Source of the DNA: a virus
Strand: one strand, 5' to 3'
DNA: 64,000 nt
IMG/VR virus record: IMGVR_UViG_3300048691_000181
Span: 1 to 64,000 of that record
Shown here: in pieces, positions 8,985-17,279 of the stretch
Position numbering within the stretch: the first letter of the stretch is position 1
How the letters are laid out: every line of letters begins with the position of its first letter
Notes under the pieces: model-generated
The model's input: the letters and a program-made list of their open reading frames with translations, nothing else
What the model was told of the DNA's origin: nothing
Database searches by the model: none
Position numbers and translations under genes: made by a program

Positions 8985-9251
8985 TTTTAAAATGAAGTTT
9001 TTAAAGTAAAACTTAATCGGGGTAGTAGCCTAAGCCACTACCCCAGAAAAGAAACTTTGTTCTCAATCACAAGAACAGATTCAACCTCCTAACTGGAGCG
9101 AGGAACCTGTTTTTCTTTAGTCTAAGCGTACTTCTCTAACTTTCCGATACATTATAAGGGAGCATGAAAAGAAGTGCTTAGAAAGCAATTATTTTAAAAG
9201 GGAAAGGGAAGCTAATTCACAAATGAGAAAAGAACCCAATCCCTAATATTG

Positions 9252-9343
9252 TCGCATGTTTGGGACTCGAACCCAAATCTTTTCTCTATTGAAGAAGAAC
9301 GTGTCACCTCCCTCTCTTATCAAGAGGCTACCACCGACATGCG
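9252..9343 (-). tRNA. tRNA-like RNA with a hairpin inserted in the D arm and an 8-nt loop CUUCAAUA (UCA-containing)
   Basis: Acceptor CGCATGT/ACATGCG; T arm TTGGG-TTCGAGT-CCCAA; anticodon arm TTCTT-CTTCAATA-GAGAA. Confidence 0.6.
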
Positions 9344-9534
9344 TAAAACTCGTTCTGGAATCTAAACACAACAAAAAATTCAGAACCAGAACGAGGTATC
9401 TTTCTCTAAGGGCGGCTCATTATAATTCGAGAACCCGAAGAGAAATTCCTTAATTTAGAAGAAGCTAAAAAACCGTGTTCAAGAAATAAGATTATTTCTC
9501 AAACACGGAACCTAAGAACTTCATCTAAAACTTG

Positions 9535-9607
9535 TGGACAGTACGGGACTCGAACCCGTGTCTTATGGTTTTTATGCCATCCAGTTACCGCTACTTTACA
9601 ACTGCCC
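9535..9607 (-). tRNA. tRNA-like RNA, 8-nt loop CAUAAAAA, identity undetermined
   Basis: Acceptor GGGCAGT/ACTGTCC; T arm ACGGG-TTCGAGT-CCCGT; ATGG-CATAAAAA-CCAT. Confidence 0.65.
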
Positions 9608-9680
9608 AATTTGACTACTTTTTTTAAGGGAACATAGTCATACCCCACTAAATCTAAATCTAAATCTAATAAAATTTTTT

Positions 9681-9869
9681 GACCCGTAAAGGATTGAAAC
9701 CTTTAGCCGATAATAAACCCAGTGACCAACTCTTTGATTCCCCCTTGTTCCCGAAGGAAGCTCGTGGAATGCTCGAATGGTGTACTTTATTTCGGTATGC
9801 CTATATTGTTCTTTGCATGCCATTCAACCTTGCGGAAGAAAGCGAAAGTAATAAATATAGATAACGGGT
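9681..9869 (-). ncRNA. about 190-nt RNA with tRNA-like ends and a pseudoknot-prone core
   Basis: ACCCGT/ACGGGT closing stem; T-arm-like AAAGG-TTTCAAT-CCTTT; internal CTATATT/AATATAG, TTGAATGG/CCATTCGA and TTCC-TTCG-GGAA. Confidence 0.45.
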
Positions 9870-9873
9870 ACTG

Positions 9874-9946
9874 AGGAGAAGACGGGACTCGAACCCGTAT
9901 AACCTGACTTTCAAGTCAGGTGCTCTACTAATTGAGCTACTTCTCC
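9874..9946 (-). tRNA. tRNA-like RNA, 8-nt loop CUUGAAAG
   Basis: GGAGAAG/CTTCTCC; D arm GCTC-AATTAGTA-GAGC; CCTGA-CTTGAAAG-TCAGG; T arm ACGGG-TTCGAGT-CCCGT. Confidence 0.8.
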
Positions 9947-9954
9947 ACCTCGGA

Positions 9955-10260
9955 TTAACCGAGCAATTCACCAGCCAAACGGCTGATGCTATTGATACGT
10001 TCCTTGTCAATACTGTAATAAATAAACTTGCCTTGGCGTTCCGTAGCAACAACACCTGCACGACGTAAAATAGCGAGGTGTTGCGAAGTAACTGATTGTT
10101 CCAAACGGAGTTTGGTGTACAATTCATTAACTGCCATCTTTTCGTTTTCTTCTAACAGCTCGAGAATTTGCTGACGGACCTTGTGGTTCACAGCGCGAAG
10201 AACCAATAGCGCTTTACGGATGTTGGCGTAGTCTGCTACGCCTTTTTTAATATTTTTCAT
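9955..10260 (-). CDS. ArsR/SmtB family transcriptional regulator
   Basis: LRAVNHKVRQQIL...V.EL...LEQSVTSQHLAILRRAGVVATERQGKFIYYS winged HTH, of the Bacteroidota type. Confidence 0.92.
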   Translation of the reverse strand: MKNIKKGVADYANIRKALLVLRAVNHKVRQQILELLEENEKMAVNELYTKLRLEQSVTSQHLAILRRAGVVATERQGKFIYYSIDKERINSISRLAGELLG

Positions 10261-10301
10261 TTTTAAATGAAATTTAAGTCTTGAGACATTTCAAGACCAA
10301 G

Positions 10302-10374
10302 TGCGCCCTAAAGGAATCGAACCTTCTACCTCTTGCAAACCTAAGCAAGTGCTCTGCCATTGAGCTATGGACAC
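10302..10374 (-). tRNA. tRNA-like RNA, 8-nt loop UUAGGUUU
   Basis: GTGTCCA/AGGGCGC; D arm GCTC-AATGGCA-GAGC; CTTGC-TTAGGTTT-GCAAG; T arm GAAGG-TTCGATT-CCTTT. Confidence 0.75.
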
Positions 10375-10380
10375 AAAACC

Positions 10381-11100
10381 ATCACGTAGAAACTAATCTA
10401 CGTCCCAGACGCTTCTCTTTGAGAAATCAAAGAGAAGCTGTTTAATCCGAGCATTTCAACTCGGTATCTAACTTTTTTATTACATCTTATCCAGAAGGTT
10501 AATTACGCCTCCTGAATAAGATGCTCACTCTCTTTACCAGTCTTTGCCAGAGATACTGGGATTCTACGTGCAATAGTAGGTAATACACTCCTTGCGGAGG
10601 AAAGGCTCCTTGCGGACACCAAGCACGAATAAGGAAAATCTATCCTTTAATAGCCCTGTTATTTAACAGGGAAATGTGGATTCGCACCACATTTAGAATC
10701 TTTCTACTCCAAGCCACTCCTATTCTATTAGATTGTTAGTGGTACTCGTAATTGGTACTTAATTTTTTAAGAGTGATTTAGCCGACCAATCAGCAAACCT
10801 TCACTCCGAGCCACTCTGTTTTTCAGTGGCAACTCTTCTTCGTAATCTCCTCTACTCCCATCTCCTCTAAACTCTACGCTTGCAATCGTAAAGAATAAAG
10901 TTGAATCAGCCTCTCGGCAATTAGAGAATCCTTCCCAGTCTCTCTCTGGGCTTCTTTCCGTTGCGTATACTACGGGTCATTTGTGGTTTAAGGCTTGAAG
11001 TTTTACCACAATTCGTTGGACTATGATTGTCCATAGCACCCTGCTTTCACCCTGCAGGTCGAGGCTCGATTGGTCGCCCTTGAATTAGGGCGAGCCTCTA
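10381..11100 (-). ncRNA. large ornate non-coding RNA candidate (about 720 nt)
   Basis: No ORF >=60 aa in the track; more than 12 hairpins, two TCC-GCAA-GGA tetraloops, T-loop-like AAATGTGG-TGCGAAT-CCACATTT, a long-range 9-bp complement; flanked by tRNA-like genes. Confidence 0.65.
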
Positions 11101-11154
11101 ATATTTAATTTCATTAAATTGAATATTATTCTCACCAACATTGGTGAGACAAAG

Positions 11155-11227
11155 TGGTAGTGAAAGGACTCGAACCCTCTTTCCCCTTCGTTTTATAACG
11201 AAGCGCTCACCCATGAGCTACACTACC
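11155..11227 (-). tRNA. tRNA-like RNA, 8-nt loop UUAUAAAA
   Basis: GGTAGTG/CACTACC; D arm GCTC-ATGGGT-GAGC; CTTCG-TTATAAAA-CGAAG; T loop TTCGAGT. Confidence 0.75.
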
Positions 11228-11244
11228 TTATCCTTAATGCCGTA

Positions 11245-11922
11245 TCAATGAATCAATACGGCATTAAGGTCAATTGCTGCCCATAATTTAGACCCGACAG
11301 CAAGGTCTCTTTCCTTAATGACTATATCTCTGAAAGAATAATAGTCATTAAGGTTTTTAACTTGGAACGCAAATGCATAGAGTAGCATCTGCGCCAGTAA
11401 ATCCTCGGGTAAGATAAAACCCGAGAAGTATTTGTTCTCCACACGTGACGCTTTGGCATATTTGCCTTCAAAGTCATAGTGGCCTGCATTTGAGTATCTG
11501 TTCGCAACACATTGTTGCACATCAGATACTATATTCAAATGGATAGACCCAGAAGAGTCTATCTTGCATTGCCTCAACTGACGTGTGAAGCGTACGACCG
11601 AGGACACGAAGTCACTCGGTTTCAGTGTGGGAAATAGCTGGACAAGTTCCAGCTCTCTCCCGACATAGGGATGAGTAGTATAACGGCTATGCTTAAAGCC
11701 GTTATATACGTGAAGTTTGGAGTGGTAATTGGTATCCACTCGGGTTTCTTCCCCGAATTTATACTCCAGCTCAATTCCAACCTTGTCGATGCCCTTGAAC
11801 AAGAGCCTGAAACAGGCATACATGGAAGGACTCCATGATGCCTGATTCAAACCCTTACCCAAACCGCGAAACAGGGCAGCTATAAGCCACCCCATTTCGC
11901 GGGTTTTGTATTTTGTTCCCAT
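11245..11922 (-). CDS. putative amidoligase (COOH-NH2 ligase fold) protein
   Basis: Ordered motifs VGIELEY, ELE, SGSIHLNI and RVENKYF resemble amidoligase/glutamate-cysteine-ligase-like enzymes. Confidence 0.5.
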   Translation of the reverse strand: MGTKYKTREMGWLIAALFRGLGKGLNQASWSPSMYACFRLLFKGIDKVGIELEYKFGEETRVDTNYHSKLHVYNGFKHSRYTTHPYVGRELELVQLFPTLKPSDFVSSVVRFTRQLRQCKIDSSGSIHLNIVSDVQQCVANRYSNAGHYDFEGKYAKASRVENKYFSGFILPEDLLAQMLLYAFAFQVKNLNDYYSFRDIVIKERDLAVGSKLWAAIDLNAVLIH

Positions 11923-12269
11923 TAGAAAAGCAATGGAAATTTGTTTTTAATCTTCTGCTCCTCCGTAGAAGGAAGAGCGTTGAAGATTGAACGAAAATTG
12001 CTCGCATTCCAATTTGAGCAGCTTTGGGGATTGATACCGCCCTCTGCCAATTCGGACAGGATGCAGAATAGTCCGCCTGTTTTGCAGGCGCGCTCCCAAT
12101 CGATACTGGGAATGTTAGTTGATTTGATAACGGTTTCAGCAACGGGGACAACTGGTACAACAGGAGCCGTCATAAGGGAAGCCAACATAGCCTTCCCTTC
12201 TTTCGTTGTGAGCTTCAATCCAGCAGCTCGTACAGCAGCCTTAGCTGCTTCGTTTGTCAATCCAGTCAT
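11922..12269 (-). CDS. hypothetical protein
   Basis: 115 aa; TAATG coupling with the next gene. Confidence 0.65.
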   Translation of the reverse strand: MTGLTNEAAKAAVRAAGLKLTTKEGKAMLASLMTAPVVPVVPVAETVIKSTNIPSIDWERACKTGGLFCILSELAEGGINPQSCSNWNASNFRSIFNALPSTEEQKIKNKFPLLF

Positions 12270-12524
12270 TGTTAGATGAGTTTTATGGATTCATGAGCAT
12301 GCAATATCGCAGCTCACTTATTCTTGACCACGCAGAACAACTATGTTTTTTATGACATAACCCGCGTGGCAATTTCTTAGTCAGTCTCTTCAGCTATGGT
12401 AGACTAATTCCATAGGACAGCACGAAGGCTGTTTCGACTTTAACCGATAAAGAAATAAAAACTGGGGCTATCTAACGATACAGACAACCCCAGAACAAAA
12501 AATTTATTTCTTAACCAACTCATG

Positions 12525-12595
12525 CGAAGGGAATAGGACTCGAACCCTACTCTAACAGGACTAAACCTGTCGCGCACCCATTGCACTTCCCCTTC
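12525..12595 (-). tRNA. tRNA-like RNA, 6-nt loop UUUAGU
   Basis: GAAGGGG/TCCCTTC; GTGC-AATGGGT-GCGC; ACAGG-TTTAGT-CCTGT; GGTTCGAGTCC. Confidence 0.65.
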
Positions 12596-12705
12596 CTACT
12601 TAACATTGCACGGATTAATGACCGTGCTCAATTTGCCAATTCCGTTTCACTCCATTTGCCAATGAACGTGTGTTGCTAACCCTGCAACAAGGTTTCAAAA
12701 GAGAA

Positions 12706-12909
12706 CTACAATTGGCTCTCTACCGTCTCCACACTTAACATAACCGAAGCGGTTACGCCATTGTGGAGAAAAGTTCCCCAATAATGGGGCATGAAATCGT
12801 CACTTCCCAATCCGAAAACATCGCTGCCTTCTTCCTTGGTGCACTTAGTAGATAAATCTACGAGTGCAAGGGTTTTTACCCCAAAGTGGTTAAAATACAC
12901 TTTTTTCAT
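12706..12909 (-). CDS. hypothetical protein
   Basis: 67-aa ORF starting immediately after a T-arm-bearing element. Confidence 0.5.
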   Translation of the reverse strand: MKKVYFNHFGVKTLALVDLSTKCTKEEGSDVFGLGSDDFMPHYWGTFLHNGVTASVMLSVETVESQL

Positions 12910-12984
12910 GACAAGAACAAAGGAATCGAACCTTCATGCTTAGAATTTACCTTACGTTCACTCCTCATTACGAGGCTTACTTGT
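12910..12984 (-). ncRNA. degenerate tRNA-like element
   Basis: ACAAG/CTTGT ends, CCTC-GTAAT-GAGG hairpin, T arm GAAGG-TTCGATT-CCTTT. Confidence 0.35.
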
Positions 12985-13422
12985 AAGTGCTAAACACCCT
13001 ACCCAATGTAGGATTCTTGTTGTCTTATTGGCTGTTAAAAAATAAGATAATGTCTTAATCAGAGCTAACCAACACTCACTCTGATTAAGAACACTAAATT
13101 CACTCATTCTATACACCCTGTCAAATGACGTTATCTTGACAGACAGGCATGTACACGGTTGAGGGAAACCGTTATTTTTTTTAGCTTTAAATTTTGACCG
13201 TTCAAAAGAACACGCTTTGAGCCTAACAAACTGTTTTACTTCGCTCAAACGAAGAATCGTACACGCCAAGAAGCATACAATTGAAAACAATAATAAAATA
13301 AAAAAGAATTGGTTGCACATACAACAATAATTATTGCATGTGCAAACAATTGAACGGCTTTTTAAGGCATATTTGAGGTACAAATATTGCTATTTATACC
13401 TCAAAATACCTTAAACTTTTTC

Positions 13423-14124
13423 CTAAAAATCGAAACCGATTTTATAGGAAGATTTTACGATGTCTGTGGCGTTGTTTGATAACCACAGTCCGTTTGCCAC
13501 TGCAAACTTGCTGTCAAGTACGCTACCAATTTCGGCGGAGGCTAAAAAGCCAGCCGTAAACTTTACGGCTTGTGTTTGGTCTTCAAATCTCTTTGTTGGA
13601 GCAATGCCAATATTGAACGCAACCTCCTTTGAAGTTCCTTTAGCATCAACAAGATGCCCTTTTACCCCGTAACACAGGGTTGTGCTTGGCAAACTTGTTG
13701 CGTTACCAGCAAATTCCTTGCTAAAGATTCGAGTAACGAAAAGTTTTCCGCCTTTTATAGCATTAATAATACTGGTCTCTAATGCTAATCGGTCACTCAT
13801 TTTCCAAATTCCATTTTCCATTACGTAGCCTAATGAGGCTATCGTTGAATCAAACGAGATTCCACCTTTAGCGGTGAAATTGCTAAATGGAACAGACGCC
13901 AATGAAACAGCTAATGCTGTTACGGCTTTGAGTGTTTCAGCGTTCCGCGTAGCGATTGGTGTTGCACCAACCTGAGTAGCAGGAAATTCTACACTATTAC
14001 GCGTATATACATCTTCCAAATCCGCATCTTGCGACAATGTGAAATATGTTTCAAGTTTAGTGTTTGGTTCTTGGATGTTTGCATCCGTTAAGGCTTTAAT
14101 AGCCTTGCCTTTGGTAAGTGTCAT
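13423..14124 (-). CDS. hypothetical protein, first gene of the left arm
   Basis: Track ORF 13423..14268; plausible start MTLTKGKAIK at 14124. Confidence 0.65.
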   Translation of the reverse strand: MTLTKGKAIKALTDANIQEPNTKLETYFTLSQDADLEDVYTRNSVEFPATQVGATPIATRNAETLKAVTALAVSLASVPFSNFTAKGGISFDSTIASLGYVMENGIWKMSDRLALETSIINAIKGGKLFVTRIFSKEFAGNATSLPSTTLCYGVKGHLVDAKGTSKEVAFNIGIAPTKRFEDQTQAVKFTAGFLASAEIGSVLDSKFAVANGLWLSNNATDIVKSSYKIGFDF

Positions 14125-14285
14125 ATCGTTATGATATTTAAAGAGTAAAGAATGTCTTGTCCGTTTCAGAAACGTAACACAACTCGCAAATTTTAAAGAG
14201 TTTTGAACTCTAACCAGATTCCAAGCATCCCTACCCGTGTGGGGGGGGCTGTCTTTGACTCTCGTCAAATCTATACTGGAGTGTA

Positions 14286-14371
14286 TTGGGGAACCACACG
14301 CTAATTTTTTTACATAAATTTTTTTTTGGGGAAAAACCAGACGCTAATATTTTTATATTTTTTTTGGGGAA
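14286..14371. repeat. about 40-nt direct repeats (TTGGGGAA..CCA.ACGCTAAT + T-tracts) at the divergent junction
   Basis: Two full units plus a third TTGGGGAA; a G8 run lies just upstream. Confidence 0.7.
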
Positions 14372-14628
14372 GCAAGTAAAAGTGAGATACCATATATATA
14401 AGCGATTAGACATTTTAAGTTTTAGTTAAATAGGTCTTAAATACCATAGTAGCAAGCATACTAAACACGTTTTTTAATGGTTATTTAGTTAAGAAAGTGT
14501 TAAGATTTAGAGATGCTGGTTGGTGTTCCAGTAGTATGTTTAATACAGTTATAACTGTATGTTTGTATACATTATACCAGTATATTTTAATCGAGAGATT
14601 ATATTTTGTACTTTTTTTTTACGTAGCT

Positions 14629-14660
14629 ATTGACATTTGAGTTGCAGTAGTGTATCTTTG
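14629..14660 (+). promoter_or_regulatory. Bacteroidota sigma-A-type promoter
   Basis: TTG, 20 nt, then TATCTTTG (TAnnTTTG -7 box), 19 nt before ATG 14680. Confidence 0.65.
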
Positions 14661-14679
14661 TTAAAAAAGATAAAACAAC

Positions 14680-15222
14680 ATGGAAATGAGACAACGATAT
14701 AAAAGAGGAAAGCTTGCGACTTATATTGACCCTGATACAGGAGAGTTAATAGAGTTAACTCCTTCTTATATTCAGAACTATGTTGCGAATGATGGAGAGT
14801 CTTTTTACCAATTGTATGCTGGCTTTATTGGATTATTGCAAGATGGTGTAGAGAAATCAGAGATGAAGATATTTGGCTATTTGCTTGAACATTACATGCA
14901 TAACAATGTCTTCAATATAGGAAAGGCAGTAAAGCAAGACATGGAAGATAGATTAGGGGTAAAGCTAAGAACTATAGAGGGATGTTTAGTTTCTCTAAGA
15001 AAACCGAGAGGAGATGGAACAGCTTTATTACTATATAACACTTCAAACAAAAGTTACTGTATTAATCCAAGATATGTGATACAGAGTTTTGATGGTAAAG
15101 ATGCTCGACTTCAAAAGATTAAGATTTGCCTATCCAATGGATTTGAACCTATTAACTTTTTAAAAAAGAAACAAAATGCAAAGGACGTTCCTGATGATTC
15201 AGAAAGAAAACAACAAGGATAG
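14680..15222 (+). CDS. RepL-like winged-HTH protein
   Basis: EMKIFGYLL...KQDMEDRLGVKLRTIEGCLVSL...SYCINPRY resembles RepL-type HTH proteins. Confidence 0.55.
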   Translation: MEMRQRYKRGKLATYIDPDTGELIELTPSYIQNYVANDGESFYQLYAGFIGLLQDGVEKSEMKIFGYLLEHYMHNNVFNIGKAVKQDMEDRLGVKLRTIEGCLVSLRKPRGDGTALLLYNTSNKSYCINPRYVIQSFDGKDARLQKIKICLSNGFEPINFLKKKQNAKDVPDDSERKQQG

Positions 15223-15409
15223 TTATACTTACGAAGACCTTGTTAGAGATAGCGAAGGAACTACTAATCCTTTAGATGAAAGTTATCCCTTAAGGATTCG
15301 ACGAGTACAATCAGTCTTTTCAAGAGATGTAAAAAGGATTCTCTTAGAAGAGGAGGAGATTAAGCGTAAAGAGTTAGAGTGGAATAAAAAGATAAAGCGA
15401 ACTAAGTAA
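15176..15409 (+). CDS. hypothetical protein
   Basis: ORF track; coupled to the next gene. Confidence 0.5.
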   Translation: MQRTFLMIQKENNKDSYTYEDLVRDSEGTTNPLDESYPLRIRRVQSVFSRDVKRILLEEEEIKRKELEWNKKIKRTK

Positions 15410-15624
15410 TGACAATTAAGATAAGCCTATCTGAGCCTCAAACAAAGGAAGATAAAGATTACGTTAAAGACTTAAGGAGTCATCTAAAAACAGGATTTTC
15501 AAAAGAAAGAGATACTATCTATTATGCTCCAATAAACAAGAATCAAGTATCTCTTTTGGTAAAGAAACGAATGAGAGAAGCTGAGGTTGAAAGGCGTTAT
15601 AAGAAATCACACGAAATCTATTAG
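15409..15624 (+). CDS. hypothetical protein
   Basis: ORF track; TAATG overlap. Confidence 0.55.
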   Translation: MTIKISLSEPQTKEDKDYVKDLRSHLKTGFSKERDTIYYAPINKNQVSLLVKKRMREAEVERRYKKSHEIY

Positions 15625-15626
15625 AC

Positions 15627-16283
15627 ATGACAGCTAAGATTACAATGCACATAGCAAGAGATGATTTATCGAAGCGTATTATCCAATGGATACAGTTTTT
15701 GAATCCTAAGTTATCTCCTCTTACAGAGAAGGAAATGAATCTCTTAGAGGAAGTATTCAGATTGCCTGATAAGTTCTTTGCTGTTCCTTTCTCTACTATT
15801 CCTAAGAGGTTATATGGTGAGCGGTTGAAGATAGAACCTTTAGCGTTACAGAGATTGATTGCCTCCTTGTTTAAGAAGGGCTATCTGGTTAAGGATGAAT
15901 ATGAAGAGATGGATATATTACATCTATTAAAGGGAACTATGGTTAGAGGATTAAAGGAAGAGAGTAAAATAAGATTTGAATTAGACTGGGTATTAGATGG
16001 AGATAATATACGAACCATTGAATCTAAAAGCATTCGAGGAATACATCCAGATATTATTCGAGAAGCAAAGAAAGAGGTATCCCCTTCATCAAGATTATCC
16101 TCGCTTAAGCAAGAAGTAGAAGAAAAAGAAACGAAAGAACATAAACAAATCTTAAATGAAGACACTATTCAATCCTCCGATAAGTCTGGAACAAGCAATG
16201 GAGTACCTTTATCTTCACTGGAACTTATTGAAGCTCAAAAGAAAAGACTGGCAGAATATAGAGCCAGAAGAAAACAATCTTAA
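15627..16283 (+). CDS. hypothetical protein, possible winged HTH
   Basis: LTEKEMNLL...ERLKIEPLALQRLIASLFKKGYLVK. Confidence 0.6.
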   Translation: MTAKITMHIARDDLSKRIIQWIQFLNPKLSPLTEKEMNLLEEVFRLPDKFFAVPFSTIPKRLYGERLKIEPLALQRLIASLFKKGYLVKDEYEEMDILHLLKGTMVRGLKEESKIRFELDWVLDGDNIRTIESKSIRGIHPDIIREAKKEVSPSSRLSSLKQEVEEKETKEHKQILNEDTIQSSDKSGTSNGVPLSSLELIEAQKKRLAEYRARRKQS

Positions 16284-16285
16284 TT

Positions 16286-16816
16286 ATGCAAACTAAGAAC
16301 GCCGATATAAAGCTCAAGGAAGCGATGAAACTCTATAACGAGGATAAGCTACCTTCTTTACAAATAGACGAAGCTAAGGCAGATAAGATGCTAAAGACTC
16401 AATTTCTTTATTTAAAGAAGGCTATGACTTTACCTTATACGACCGAGATTAGAGTGCCGAGGTTGCTAACGTTAAAGATGCGCTACCGTCATGTTCGAGC
16501 CAAGATTAATGATTGCATAACTGAAGCTAAGGAACTTCGAGATAAGAAGTGCTATAACTGTGATGATATAGAATTAGAGCGTTCACAAGAAGATACGGAG
16601 AAGTTACAATCCTTAAAGAAAGAAATCAAGTACCAATGGATTTTAAAAGAGAAGTGGATGTCTATTTATACAAAGACGGCTACCTATGCGCGATTAAGAA
16701 AGCTTCGAGCTATGTGGCAAGAAAGGAATAAGGACATAAGACTGAAAGAAGATTATGTCAAGAATAGAAAATTAACTCAAATGCCTCGAACCAATGAGGT
16801 GTTTAATATCGACTAA
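16286..16816 (+). CDS. hypothetical basic protein
   Basis: ORF track; operon packing. Confidence 0.65.
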   Translation: MQTKNADIKLKEAMKLYNEDKLPSLQIDEAKADKMLKTQFLYLKKAMTLPYTTEIRVPRLLTLKMRYRHVRAKINDCITEAKELRDKKCYNCDDIELERSQEDTEKLQSLKKEIKYQWILKEKWMSIYTKTATYARLRKLRAMWQERNKDIRLKEDYVKNRKLTQMPRTNEVFNID

Positions 16817-17270
16817 CATGTACGATAACGATTCTTATTGGACTAAGAAATTTAAAGTTTATCTTGAATCTGGCAGTCAGAGACTATGCTTTGAGTTTAA
16901 ACCTTCAGCAGAAAATATATTTTCAAAATTAGCAAACGATAAACAACCAGAAAAAATGAACCAAGTAGTTACATTAGACTTAAACGCATTAGACTATTGC
17001 TCGGTTGAGCAACTTAAAGAAATTACAGCTTTGATTGAGAAAATTTCAAAACAGAAGACGACTCTTGATAATCAGAAGATATATCAAGAAATTAAAGCAA
17101 AAGAAAGACAAGAATTAGAGGCTAAGTTTAAAGCACACGAAGCAGTCTCTATGCGTATCGTTACACAAGAAAGATTCATTGCTCAACAAAGAGAACTAAA
17201 GAAAGAATTAGAAAAAGAATATAGAGCTTTAAAAGAAGCTTACGTAGCAAAATATAAAACCACTAACTAA
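16794..17270 (+). CDS. hypothetical coiled-coil protein (start uncertain)
   Basis: E/K-rich heptads. Confidence 0.55.
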   Translation: MRCLISTNMYDNDSYWTKKFKVYLESGSQRLCFEFKPSAENIFSKLANDKQPEKMNQVVTLDLNALDYCSVEQLKEITALIEKISKQKTTLDNQKIYQEIKAKERQELEAKFKAHEAVSMRIVTQERFIAQQRELKKELEKEYRALKEAYVAKYKTTN

Positions 17271-17279
17271 GAAAGAATT

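Noticed and set aside
9252-9343. Selenocysteine tRNA
   Set aside because: UCA is present, but the acceptor stem is 7 bp and there is no long variable arm
9256-10127. Short track ORFs across the tRNA-like cluster
   Set aside because: They overlap cloverleaves or the ArsR gene in other frames
10381-11100. Group I intron, RNase P RNA or tmRNA
   Set aside because: No recognisable P7/catalytic core, RNase P P4 signature or alanyl acceptor ends by eye; a covariance search is needed
12958-13383. 141-aa track ORF
   Set aside because: TTG start, atypical Cys-rich composition, and overlap with a hairpin-dense region; probably non-coding
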